DNA from: Octopus bimaculoides
Lineage: Eukaryota
Assembly (NCBI RefSeq): GCF_001194135.2
Contig: NC_068987.1
Location: forward strand, 89,181,799 to 89,245,798
Direction of reading: 5' to 3'
Length of the DNA: 64,000 bases
Both the position numbers and the translations under genes were made by a program. Position 1 is the stretch's first letter. The number at the start of each line of letters is the position of its first letter. The notes under the pieces were generated by a model. The model had not been told where the DNA came from. It ran no database searches and was given only the letters and a program-made list of their open reading frames with translations. Below, piece after piece: positions 50,282-62,457 of the stretch.

Positions 50282-50321
50282 ACTGTCCGATGAATGGGAA
50301 CGTGAAACTCTGAGTAACAGT
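50282..50321 (+). ncRNA. Type I hammerhead ribozyme motif with U4C core change
   Basis: ACUGU CCGAUGA AUG GGAA CGU GAAA CUCUGAG UA ACAGU; predicted cleavage after 50316. Confidence 0.62.
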
Positions 50322-52814
50322 CTTTTGTTATATTTTTGCTGCTTTTAAATAAAGCATATTACTCTACCTCTGGTATTTGAGTACTCTTTTTTCCACCTTG
50401 TTACACATTTATGTGCTTACTCTGGTATACATATATATATATATATATATATATGATAATGTTATTGGATATTAAATTAAAGTGAGGTTTGGAGTACTTT
50501 TAATGGGAAACTGTTCAGCTGCTAATTTTCATGTTTAATTACCTTTATGTTGTCATCATTTAAACGTTGTCTAGGAAGGAATGGAGGGGGATTCTCACAC
50601 ATCTACTTTTTAAGGTTTCATTCTGCTCTTTTGATTTGAGAGCATAGTGCTAATGTTCATTTGGATTAGGGTCTTCATAGCTTGCATAAATTTACTTACT
50701 TCTAAACTTTGTCTTAAGATATAGCTACCTATGTGAATGATTCAACAGAATAAAGGCCAAGCTGCTTAGATGACTGATGAATAAATACTTCAATTCCATT
50801 GCTTGATGGAAATTCTCAAACTGCTCAAAAGCCAACTTCTTAACCACATTACCATTTCTATAGAAGCCAATTAACTTCACTCTGTAGCTTCTAAATAGAA
50901 ACATATTCTATACTCATTCTGTTTTTTTTTTCTCTCTTTTAAAACTTTTTTACCATTCTTCATATATAAAGGTGTGTGGCTTAGTATTGGTTACAGTGTT
51001 GCACTCATGATCTCCAGATCATTGGTTCAATTCCCAGATTGTGTGGCATGTTGTGTTCTTGAGTAAAACACTTCCTTTCATGTTGATCTAGTGTTGTGTG
51101 GGGACCAGCATGTCAAAGAACAGACCCCTTGTTTCCTCTGTGTGTCGTAAAATAGGGTGACTAAAAGAGGTTAGGTAGGGTTTGTACTCCCAATCTTGTA
51201 AAACCCTCACCAGCAATGACTACCCAAACACCCATGGCTTGGAGAGTTGTCAACCGAGTGGTGCAAAGGCATTATCTGCCAGGGTTAGGGAATCCCCAAT
51301 AAATGGTGGCTGCAGTGATGCACCACTACTACATATACCCTGCTGCTGCTACTACTACTACTACTACTACTACTTATTTAGCTGTTACAATGATTTTATT
51401 CATTTGTTTACTTTTTAATTGTAAATAAGTATTATGAATATTTTGCAGCTTGAAGTTACAATCCTGCCTGTTTTATTGACCAATTCCATTAGCAAAGTCA
51501 TTTTATTTCCTCTTTGAGAAGTTGTCTAATGTGGAAGGCCTGTGGCCTAATTGTTAAGGCATCATTGCATGATCGTAGTTCCAATGTTCCAATTCCTGGA
51601 CTAGGTACTGCATTGTGTTCCTGAGCAAAACACTTTATTTGATGTGGTTTCAGTTCACTCAGCTGTGAGCGACTAACCCTGTGATGGATTAGCTTCCCAT
51701 CCAGGTTGAATCTTGTGATCTTGGTCACTTATATATCATGGAAACCAGGTAACTGGCCCTAAGAGTCTGAGGGCTTGACATATTACTTGAGATGTCTTTT
51801 TCTTACTCATTACAGCAGAGTGGGATTAGACAGCATTTAACTATTATTTCTAGCAGATCAAATAACCACATAGAGGCTTGTTGAACAGAGCAAAGTAGAG
51901 GCGATCTATTGGCAATTTGGTTTCAATTTCTGGTTGTTTTAGGTTTGTATGGCTTCATCTAGGTCTCTACATAAAAATTGCAGAAACACTACACTCATTC
52001 ATTTTTCCTCTTAAATCTGAACATGTGTACCTACTTAGAAATTAGTCATATCAGTTTTGCATTCTAGTTAGCTCTCTAAATATGGTCTTTACTGAGAAGC
52101 AGATAAAGTCAATAGAATAGGCTGAAAGAAATCCTGATACACTAACTATACCATTTACCCCCACCCATCTGATTACTGCTGTTAACTATGGTCACTCCAC
52201 AGTGTCAAATTAATACTGGAACTTGAAGCAATTCAATGGTGCTACACCTAGAAGATTGCATTAATGGGACAGTTGAGCTTCTGGGAGAGGCTGAAAGAAT
52301 TATGACTCTACTCTCTCAAGTGTAGTTGCGAAAGATATCTAGTGATGTACATATGGAAAATCTTGGAGGGTTTGGTACCAAACTTTAGCATCAAGAATTA
52401 CACACCTCACTTCCAGCGGATTGCTAAAGGTTCTGACTACTTTGTACAGAGTAAAAAGGAACAGGTATTCCAATAGCTTGAGATGCAAGGGCCCACTGCA
52501 GTTTAATGTATTGTCATAAAACCTGAGGTATCTACACACAGTAGCATCTAGACTTCTGCTATCCAAGATTCCAGATGAGTCAATAATCACCACAAGAGAC
52601 CAGCAACATCAGACTCCTTTATTCATCAAAAGCCAACCACATGAGAATGGATATTGAAAAGATGATCATAATGGTGGTACTCCAGCATGGTCACAGCCAT
52701 TGAACTGGAATGCATACAGGAAAAAAAAAAAAACAGTTCAAAGGTTTTTGTGGGATTCACATCTGCAAATTAATGAATTTGGCTACAAATAATTGACCAA
52801 AAGTCTTTAGTGAA

Positions 52815-53330
52815 GTTCAGCACTTCCTGTACTCTCAAGAACATTGGGCAACAAGCTGATGCCACTGATTTCTGTCGGCTGCAGTTTTCTCTGCACCGGC
52901 CATGTGATAGTGGCCTCTCTCGTTTAGGTTATGAATGTTCTATGCCCTGTACTTTTTGGTCATCTCTCTTACATTTTTCCCTCCAGTAGTGTCCATTTGA
53001 AAGCTGTTTTAACAACAGTGTTGTTCTGGTGGCCAGTGTCTGTGACCTACTAATCTTAATTTTCATTCTGTGATGATTTTGCTACAGTGTCTGTGACCTA
53101 CTAATCTTAATTTTCATTCTGTGATGATTTTGCTAAGCTGTCTTGTATTGGCTTTCTTTTGAATGTCTTCATTGGTTACATGCATCCTGATGGTACATTC
53201 TTCGAATCCTCAAGTGTTTTTGGTGGAACGCATCTAGCTTTCTGTTGACTTCCACAGTGCTCTTCCATTGACATAGAGAACCATTGGTAGAACTATGGTA
53301 TTACAGAACCAGATGTTTGTGTGTTGGGGT
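52815..53330 (-). mobile_element. RTE-clade LINE 3' remnant (RT C-terminal region)
   Basis: Frameshifted minus-strand translation gives IVLP.VLY, KLDAFHQKHLRI, VTNEDI, KTAFKWT and EKTAADRNQWHQLVAQC, typical of RTE C-termini. Confidence 0.75.
53034..53135. repeat. Perfect 51-bp tandem duplication inside the RTE remnant
   Basis: CAGTGTCTGTGACC...GATTTTGCTA at 53034-53084 and 53085-53135. Confidence 0.92.
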
Positions 53331-53854
53331 TGCATTTTATCAGCATTTGAAGTCACTACTCCAATTGAGAAAGGAAGAAGAGAAAAGAGATAAAGGTAGA
53401 GAGAAAGAAAGACAGGCAGAGAGAGAGAGAGAGAGAGATGATGGTGGAGATGTATTGGGACATACCTACAGGGTACAGTGGGGATGAATATAAGTAAATA
53501 TAAGTGGTACAGAGGGGATTAGACAGGGTAATAGGGTATGGGGGGGATGTTTCATAAGAGTGTGGTGGGAAATAGTTAGAGATGGGACAGAGATAGCTGT
53601 AGCAAATGATAGGAGTGGCTCAAGGGGCCAATGTGAGTAGATAATTTAGAGGCTGATTATTTATGATTTATCTATCTCATTCACTCTTAAACATTTTAGC
53701 AGCGACGGAATAATTTGTTAGGCTCAAAGGATTTTTATTGAAGATTGCATACGTAGTTAATCTCTGTATGTTTTCTAGAATAAAAAAAATCTTAAAGATT
53801 ATACAGCTATCAAAATTATTAACTCTAATTAGAAGTATTTGTTAATTATTTCAG

Positions 53855-54028
53855 GTAAATGGTGTTGATGTTTTAGAAGGTCCGTTACGAATATATTGGC
53901 AAGTTACTATACCTATACAGTTAAAACATTGTGATGACGTCCCTGTACCACCAATTGCATCATGGAGACACAGCTATTATGCTACTCCAACTGGTAATGG
54001 CCTTAATATTGATGCTGAAGAACCACAG
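53855..54028 (+). CDS. RASSF2/4/6-like: Exon of RASSF2/4/6-like gene (VNGVDVLEGPLRIYWQVTIPIQLKHCDDVPVPPIASWRHSYYATPTGNGLNIDAEEPQ)
   Basis: TTATTTCAG acceptor and CAG|GTAAGC donor; 174 nt open, phase 0-0. EGPLRIYW..PIQL..DD..PP..SW aligns with RASSF2 EGLLNISW..PIRL..DD..PP..SW. The RA and SARAH domains would lie downstream, outside the window. Confidence 0.88.
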
Positions 54029-55119
54029 GTAAGCTTGTCATGTATTCTCTATTTATGTGTGTGCGTGTGGGCATGAATATCAAACATTGTTTGTATCATA
54101 AAATATACATGTAAAATGCTTCTGCTTTTTTTTTCCATCACAGTTTCAATCATTACATGTACTCGTGTGTGTGTGTGTGTACACACATATACATGCATGT
54201 AATTTCTTTAAAACTTAGAATTTCTATATCCAGAATATAAACTGACCTTTGCACTAAGAATTAGAAGTGTACACTGCTATGTTACTAAATGTGTAAGTGA
54301 TAGTGTTGAAAATCAGGCAAAGAAAGAGACCAGCTAGCAGACACTTTACCAATCCATTCCAGCAATGGGCATTTGATTCTTCATAGAAACCAACCCACTT
54401 CTTTGAGAATTTCAAACAAGAAAGTATCTTACGTGAAAAATATGTGCTAAGTCAACAAACTAAACCAGTTTTTCTTTTTCTTTTTTTCTTTATCGAACAG
54501 CATTTATAAAACTAAGATGAATTTTGGCAGCATAAAAATATTTAAGTCTTCAATATTCTTAAGGGTTGTTTTTATTCCTTTGAAAACATGTGATTTAATG
54601 CATATTTCACATTATTTTTTTAATGCATTTTTGGTAAAGAAATATGTGCTGAAGTATCTTGAAATCTGTTAAAATAATTCTCTTTTTTCTTTTTTTAGTT
54701 TTTCCATGTATGTAATGTATTTCAAAACTGTACTCGACATACTTAACAGATACAGTCATTATTATTATTATTATTAGTTGACGGTGGAGAGGGAAGTGTT
54801 GCCTTGTAGCAAGTTTGTTGAAAGGTGGGGGAATGTTGGAAGAATGGCCACTGTGAAAGAACCAATTCTGAGCGTGCACCTGTAAAAAAAAAAGCAGGCT
54901 CTTGCCCTGTTCAGGCACCCATGGCTTTTGTGGGTTTTTCCATGAGGACCTTAAAGCACCTCCCCCCCATTGGGAGTTTTTAATTTATTCAATTTTTTTT
55001 GTTATTGTGCACACACAAAAAACCATTGCATCGTCCTGTATTTGTCTTTTATGTTGTATGTCAATGTTTTGTATGTGAGCCCGTGTGGCTAATAAAAGAA
55101 TTATCATTATTTTTATTAT

Positions 55120-55712
55120 TCGCTATGTTCTGAGTTCAAATTCCACCAAGGTCAATAAATATTGGGGTCAATAAATTAAGTACCAGTTGCGTACTGAGGT
55201 CAATCTAATCAACTGGCTCTCTCCCCCCAAATTTGAGGCCTTGTGCCTCCAGCAGAAAGGATTATTATTATTACTAAGTGGTGAGCTGGCAGAATCATTA
55301 GCCAAATAAAATGTTTAGTACCGTTTGTCCATCTTTACGTTCTGAGTTCAGATGCTGTCAAGATTGACCTTGCCTTCCAGCCATTTGAGGGGGCAATACA
55401 CTAAGTACCAGTTGGACACTGACATCAATACAATTGATTAACCCCTCCCTGCAAATTTCAGGCTTTGTGCCTATAGTAGAAAGGTTTATTATCATTATTA
55501 TTATTATTAAGATGGCTGACAGAACTGCTAACATGCCAGATAGGATGCTTAGTGGCATTTCCTCTATGCTTTGAGCTCAGGTTCGTCCGAGGCTGACTTT
55601 GCTTTTCATCCGTTTGTGATCGTTAAAATAAGTACCAGTTGTGGATTGGGGTTGATGTAATCAACTAACCCTTTCCCCTGAAATTGCTGGCCTTGTGCCA
55701 AAATTTGAAACC
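55120..55712 (+). mobile_element. SINE family A, three head-to-tail copies separated by (TTA)n
   Basis: Each has GAGTTCA/GAGCTCA, AAGTACCAG and the GGCCTTGTGCC-type tail. Confidence 0.8.
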
Positions 55713-58523
55713 ATTATTTTCTTTTTTTTTTTTTTTTTTTTTTTTNNNNNNNNNNNNNNNNNNNNNNNNNNNNNNNNNNNNNNNNNNNNNNNNNNNNNNN
55801 NNNNNNNNNNNNNNNNNNNNNNNNNNNNNNNNNNNNNNNNNNNNNNNNNNNNNNNNNNNNNNNNNNNNNNNNNNNNNNNNNNNNNNNNNNNNNNNNNNNN
55901 NNNNNNNNNNNNNNNNNNNNNNNNNNNNNNNNNNNNNNNNNNNNNNNNNNNNNNNNNNNNNNNNNNNNNNNNNNNNNNNNNNNNNNNNNNNNNNNNNNNN
56001 NNNNNNNNNNNNNNNNNNNNNNNNNNNNNNNNNNNNNNNNNNNNNNNNNNNNNNNNNNNNNNNNNTTTGTCAGTTTTCAGAGAACCAGGTTCACTTTCCA
56101 CAAAGCAAGCAGTTCAATTTACTTGATATGTCTCCTGCTACCATAAAAGGTTGATTTAGGACGATAACTCTATTGTTATTATTATTCTATTAGTTCTTCC
56201 AGTTCACTGGCAAATTAAGGAGCTGCACTAACTCACATTACTTGATGCTTTAGTAAAATGTACCAGTATTTCTTATTGTATCATCCTGAGGGGAAGGGCT
56301 GGCTTTATGTATTTTTATAGCCTGTTTTAAATAGGAAAATGAAAAAAAATCTGAGGGCAATTTTTTTTTTACTTTTTAGGAAATCGCTATTTTACACTTT
56401 ACACATTATTGTGTTACAGTATTTTTGACAAACTTTTTCTTTTCTTTTTTCTTTTTTTTTCTTCGTGTTTCTGAAATTTACCTTTGTAGCTATAATTATA
56501 GGTGCACTTGGCTACCTTGCTAAATGTTTTAAGAAGTGCCAAAAAGCAGGCAAAGAAAGTGACCAGCTAACTGTCACTTTGCAAATGTACTCAGTGAAAA
56601 ATACAGTAACAAATTCACTTAACCTCATTTATCACAGGATTTGGCTTCAAAAAGAAAAAACACAGTGATAAATGAATCTTGTCCTTTACACCTTGTAAAG
56701 TCTTTGGCACTGAATTTGTGTCCTACAGTAGCAGAGCTTCACTCATTTGGATTTTCTTGATCCTCAATCCATTTTAACTTTTTTGTAAAGTAATCTACCT
56801 TGGAAGGGATTCATTATTGGAATATTCTGCTTTTGAAGGATACAATCTTATCTGCTGAAGAATAGAGCCACTTTTGTTTTTTGTCTTGTCAATGAGAAAT
56901 GACTATAACTTCTATACTTTTGTATATGAAATCATTTATTTCAATTGAATAGATTTTTTGTGGTGGGTGTTATTTTGAAGGGATGGAAATAAATTGTGTG
57001 TCTAATACTAAGTGATGTTAGCTCATTTGCATTCATAACAGATAAAAGTAATCTTTTATGAAAGAGAAGACATAACGGTTTTATGTGGAGGGAGGGGTTA
57101 TAATTTTTACAAGTTCCCATTCCATTTATCAGCCGTTTTACAATATGGATTGGGTACATTTTATAATGCTTCTATGAAGTGTCTAAATTAATGACATTGA
57201 AAGCTAATGCATATTGTTATTCCAGTATAAATATTTTATGCCTGTGTTAATTCTAACATCTTGTAACCCCTATCTCTTATTGTAACTCATCTGTTTGTGA
57301 CCTTACTAGAATGCTTCTATTTTAATTTTTTTTTTTTTCTTCATTTCATTTCAATGATTAGTGAGGAAGAGGAGTGCTTTCACATTGGTGAGACTGAAGT
57401 GGTTGTCGTTGGATTTGAACTAAATTTCAGCACTTGTTGAAAATGTGAATTTCCTCAAATCCCACGTCACTATCTTACAAAAGGGAAAGACACATTGAAC
57501 AATGAAGTCCTATATGGATAAAACAATGGGATGGTTAGGGCTGGAAAGCCCTGTGTCACACATGGATCTGCTTGGTGAGGATTGGCCTGGGGTTAAACAA
57601 CAACATAGGCAGGAAGAGTATTTCAGAGAACGGCAACTTTGTGAAAGAATGATTAGATAAAGTATTTAATGCAAGGCCTTGGGNNNNNNNNNNGGGGGGT
57701 GCACATTGGGATGACTAAAGGGAAGAGACTGGTGCCTCGGATGAGGCTTCAGTAGATTGGGTTCTTGGTTCAGAGGAACTGTCACAGAAAAAATGAAGAA
57801 GAAACAATGTCTTTGAGTAAATTTTAGTTCAGTTTGTTAAATGGCTTTTGGATGTTGTCTTGGATATTTCTGTGTACAGCAGTTGCATAATTCCAGAAAT
57901 GGGGTCTCGAGAGATCCCTAACAAAACACTGGCTGGCCTGGAATCATCTACCAGGAAACTTCTGATCAAAGAGATGAGATGGATTCTACCGGTAGGTGTA
58001 AAACTTAAGCATGTAATGATGTGGGAGATAACATTATTTTTGCTGATGCTCAGAAAAGCAAGAACTAACTTGTGTATGTTATGGAAGAATAAGTCTTTAA
58101 GGATGTCTTTTACAGGAAATTTTATGAGTAGTTTCTGAAAAGGGGAAGGGAGAAAGAGATTAAGTATTTTCAGATGTTTAAAATGAAAGTGATAGGATAT
58201 TAGTTGTCAGGCCAACATGTTCCCTTTAGAATTGCACACCATTATCAAGTCAGTGGATTCTGATAGCCACCTACAGAATGAGAAAAACTCAAAAACTAAA
58301 GAACCAAAACAACTTTAGGGCTCAATGACTGAGAGTAAAGAAAGAGACCTTGTCAGGGGTGAGTGCTTTGTTAGGTTGGAGTGATTTGAAGAAACTTGAA
58401 ATTCAGCAACTCCCAAGTAATTTAACTGTATTGTTGTTAGTTTGTTTGGCTTTAAATATTCTGTTGTTACCTTGTTACTCTTTCAGCTGTAATTATATTA
58501 TTTTGTTACAACTCTTGTTGCAT

Positions 58524-58846
58524 TACAGTTCTATATTTAAGAAATGAGTAATTATGTACATTATTTACATTTGACGGATATTTGTCCTCATCTTGTTTGT
58601 TGTTAACACGTTTCAGCTGATATACCCTCCAGCCTTCATCAGGTGTCTTGGGGAAATTTCGAACTTGGGTTCTCATTCCTAACGTATTTTTTGATGTTAT
58701 TATTTCAGGTCACTGTCTGGAATCGAACTTGGAATCTTGGGGTTAGTAGCCCATGCTCTTAACCACTACGCCATATGCCTGTGCTCTTAACCACTACACC
58801 ATATGCCCACGGACATATGGCATAGTGGTTAAGAACACGGGCTACC
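58524..58846 (-). mobile_element. Short PLE-derived element with duplicated and inverted 5' end
   Basis: Same tail, hammerhead (3-nt deletion at the cleavage triplet) and tRNA-like head. It ends in a short tandem plus inverted copy of the head at about 58778-58846. Confidence 0.85.
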
Positions 58847-58949
58847 ATATTTTCCCTGTGCACTAATCTATATTGCTGTATTACTTACTCCGTGTAAACC
58901 TAGCTATGCTCTTTGTAAACTATTGCCATGCTACTCCTTTTCTTTTCAG

Positions 58950-59084
58950 CTCTTTGGTTTATTTGATGACATTTACGATGACAACGATGAAGATTATGAT
59001 GATGATGATTTTTCTGATTCAAAGTCTGACTCTATGCTACTAAGTTTACGTGTTAACTCTACTGAGTATGACTTTGAGTATGAG
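58950..59084 (+). CDS. Candidate acidic in-frame cassette exon (LFGLFDDIYDDNDEDYDDDDFSDSKSDSMLLSLRVNSTEYDFEYE)
   Basis: CTCCTTTTCTTTTCAG acceptor and GAG|GTACCC donor (weak). 135 nt, phase 0-0, no stop, between two phase-0 exons. Confidence 0.58.
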
Positions 59085-59614
59085 GTACCCTTAGACAGTA
59101 GTCACTTCTAAGCACTACCACTCTTCACTTTGTGCACACTTAGCGATAGTTCATAACGCATCACACACGTACTCACACATACACGCGTGCACACACACAC
59201 ACACACACACACACATTTGATTAGTCTGTGGCCTTTTAGTGAAGTGTACATTAGTTTGATTTACCTTGAGCTACAATTTACTTTCATAGCAGCTCAGGTG
59301 AAGTTGTTTCTGTTACAATTTTTGTTTAATCTTTCTTGTGACTCCACCAATTTATCTTCCTGATGATGAGTTTAACATAGAATAGTTTATTCTACATCAG
59401 TCATCAGACTCGGGTCTGTAATCTGAAACCAGACAGAATTCACTTTTGATTTATAGGACGGAGCAAGATGATTGATAGCCCTGGTTTAAAGTTGGATAAT
59501 GTCAGACAATTCAGTTTACTGTTTCCAACAGCTAGATGAAGTGAGGCCATTTGCATAGAAACACAACAAATTAGTGGGAGCAATGAGCATTAATAATGTA
59601 ATGAAAACTAATTA

Positions 59615-59768
59615 CAGGAGTGGCTGTGTGGTAAGTAGCTTACCAACCATATGGTCCTGGGTTCAGTCCCATTGCGTGGCACCTTGGGCAAGTGTCTTCT
59701 ACTATAGCCTCGGGCCAGCCAAAGCCGTGTGAGTGGATTTGGTAGACGGGAACTGAAAGAAGCCCATC

Positions 59769-59826
<58 letters not shown>

Positions 59827-60030
59827 NNNNNNNNNNCCCCACCAACATCGCTTGACAACCGATGCTGGTGTGTTTACGTCCCCATAACTTAGTGGTTCGG
59901 CAAAAGAGACCGATAGAATAAGTACTAGGCTTCCAAAGAATAAGTCTTGGGGTCGATGTGCTCGACTAAAGGCAGTGCTCCAGCATGGCCACAGTCAAAA
60001 TGACTGAAACAAGTAAAAGAATGAAAGAAT
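59615..60030 (+). mobile_element. SINE family B, near full length
   Basis: Complete head, core and tail; 10-N gap in the microsatellite. Confidence 0.88.
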
Positions 60031-60795
60031 ACTGTGAAGAAAAGATAATAGTATCTCACTCCATTCATGTTGACAAGGAAGGGAGATAACTTTGGAATTA
60101 TTTCAGTCTTATTAGGCCTCCTTAGTCGCATGCAGACTTCACTGTACTTTCTGAAGAAATAATAGAATATAGATGTACAATATATTGTCCATGAGAATCT
60201 TGCATTAAAATCTCCTTCATGGACATTTTTCACTATAAAAACTATGATTAGCCAAAAGAAACTGCCTTATTTCTATTGCTAGCAATTTGAACTAACTTAC
60301 AAAATTAAGAATAATTAAAATAGTAACTTAAAACTTTTGTTTAAAGTAATTACAAATTTGATTAGTTTTTATGATAGTGAAATATAAACTTTATTAGAAT
60401 ACATTTGGATGTGTGAAAATGTCCTTGAATCATTTCACTTGATACCTTCTAAAGTTGTATTCAGTTGTCCTTGATATTTATAGCAGAAGATGATATATAA
60501 TATGGTGATATGATATAACATCATATTGTATGTTATTTTGTAGTATAATATGATGCTGAATTTTATTTGTCTTTCTGTAATTATTTCACATCTGGATGTC
60601 ATCTTAACATGAAATACATTATCTCTACTACCTTGATGTTTCTGAGGGGAAAATTTAACATTTAATTAATTTTCATTTTAATTGCTTGATTTGATCTTTT
60701 CTTTTATACTCTTCAGTATAAACCCATGCCTTTTAACAAATGCGTGCATTTAATCATTTTGGGAAAACTAACACTATTATTATTAAGTAATGTTC

Positions 60796-61022
60796 GTAGC
60801 CACTTCAACATGGCCGTTCCATTCAAATGGACTTTATTACGATTATTTAACCCCAAGAGGACATCTCCTCTAGCTGGTTAACAATGCACAGCTGCATCCG
60901 ATACATTGCAAGCAATACATCAGATGCAGCTGTGCATCATTAGCCAGCCAGAGATGTTCTCTTGGGGTTAAACAATCACAGTTAAGTCCTTTCGGATGGA
61001 ACAGCCATGTTGAAGTGACTAC
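60796..61022. repeat. About 113-bp-arm fold-back palindrome (MITE-like)
   Basis: GTAGCCACTTCAACATGGC... pairs with ...GCCATGTTGAAGTGACTAC; centre ATTGC AA GCAAT at 60910-60911. Confidence 0.85.
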
Positions 61023-61164
61023 AAATACTTGCTGCTACAACTACTGCAATCATTGCTTAGAGAGATTTTAGAACTAGCTTTTCAGCTTGTAATACTATTA
61101 CTAATAGCAATCTGTGTATCATACCTAATGCAGATATGTCATATAAAGCCTAATTAACTGCAAC

Positions 61165-61435
61165 CTATGCTGGTGCCACATAAAAAGCACCTGTGCTGGT
61201 GTTACAAAAAAAAATGTATATATAAATTATTGTTATTATTACATAATCCATGCTGGCACCATATAAAATGCACCCAGTGCACTCTGTAAAGTGGTTGGCA
61301 TTAGGAAGGGCTTCCAACCATAGAAATCATACCAAAACAGACAATTGGGGTCTGGTGCAGCTCTCCAGCTTGTCAGTTCCTGTCAAACCATCCAACCCAT
61401 ACCAGCATGGAAAATGGACATTAAATGATGATGAC
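61165..61435 (+). mobile_element. Family C copy
   Basis: Same motifs, (GAT)n end. Confidence 0.75.
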
Positions 61436-62074
61436 AACATGTGTATCAATAGAGGACCAAAATTGTCCAGCAGCTGCAGTGAGAATATTAGATGTGCACA
61501 TCTCTTCCTTCTTTGGTTTTGCCATTTGCAAGTAGCCAGTGGCAACAAGACAAAATCTGTCATGACTGATATAGGAAAACAAACTGTGTTTAATGTTGTT
61601 TGCTCTGATGGAGTAAATCTAAAATTGAAGACATCTTAACCATCACCATCTTTTTATTTATTTATTTTCTTTGTTTTAACGAAGATTGTTAAATGGATTT
61701 TATAAGAAATTTTACTGCTTTTGCTAACAAGTCAAGCAACTTCATAGATCATTGATGGCAAATCTTTGACATATGCCAGCCATGACCTACAAGATTTTAG
61801 GTCAAGCTTGCAATATCGTATGGTAAAACCTTTTCAATTTGCAGAGATCTAAAACTGTAATTCATTTATCAAGATGGCTTGGCAATTTAATTTATAGATT
61901 ATAAAAATGAAATTCATTTTAACTGGTTTAGTAGCTCTTTATGTAGTCTCTGTAGTTTGTTTTCTTTCTGAAACATTCACAGCATGCTTATTGTTCCACC
62001 ATTTGCAAACATTTATTGTTATTATTACATAAATTCCTTTATTTTTATTATCATTTTCTATAATAATGATATGC

Positions 62075-62457
62075 ATATCATTATATTGTATACATAAATG
62101 TAGAACGGTGCTGGTTTTAGGATTTTGTTCTCAGAGGAACTTCTCTTTTGAAACTTTAGATGTTAAAAACACAGCATACTCTAAATAATGTTAGAGAACC
62201 ATCAGACACTGGTGTTTCAGCTTCATTTTGATAGGCACTCCTGAGGAACCGAAGTCCTTAGCCAGATCCAAATGACTGAGAATGTCTGTCACTGAAGGGG
62301 TGAAATCAAGCTGAAGCACCAGTGTCTGGTGGTCTTCTAACATTATTCAGAGTATGCTAGGTTTTTTAATACATGAAGTCTCTATAGAGAAGTTTCTCTG
62401 AGACAGAATCCTACAGCTAAAGCCATTCTACATTTATGTATACATTATATATGATAT
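62075..62457. repeat. About 155-bp-arm imperfect inverted repeat with about 70-nt spacer
   Basis: Arms about 62075-62229 and 62301-62457, roughly 80 percent complementary by eye. Confidence 0.85.

Larger units (their letters stand above)
50189..50353. mobile_element. 79-bp-arm inverted repeat carrying two hammerhead motifs; probable second PLE family terminus
   Basis: Arm 50189-50267, 7-nt spacer, arm 50275-50353; flanked by (TA)n on both sides. Confidence 0.7.

Noticed and set aside
43740-58846. Inverted PLE/SINE pairs bracketing exons 46017 and 53855 as circRNA drivers
   Set aside because: Inverted pairs are unavoidable at this repeat density; nothing specific supports back-splicing without RNA data.
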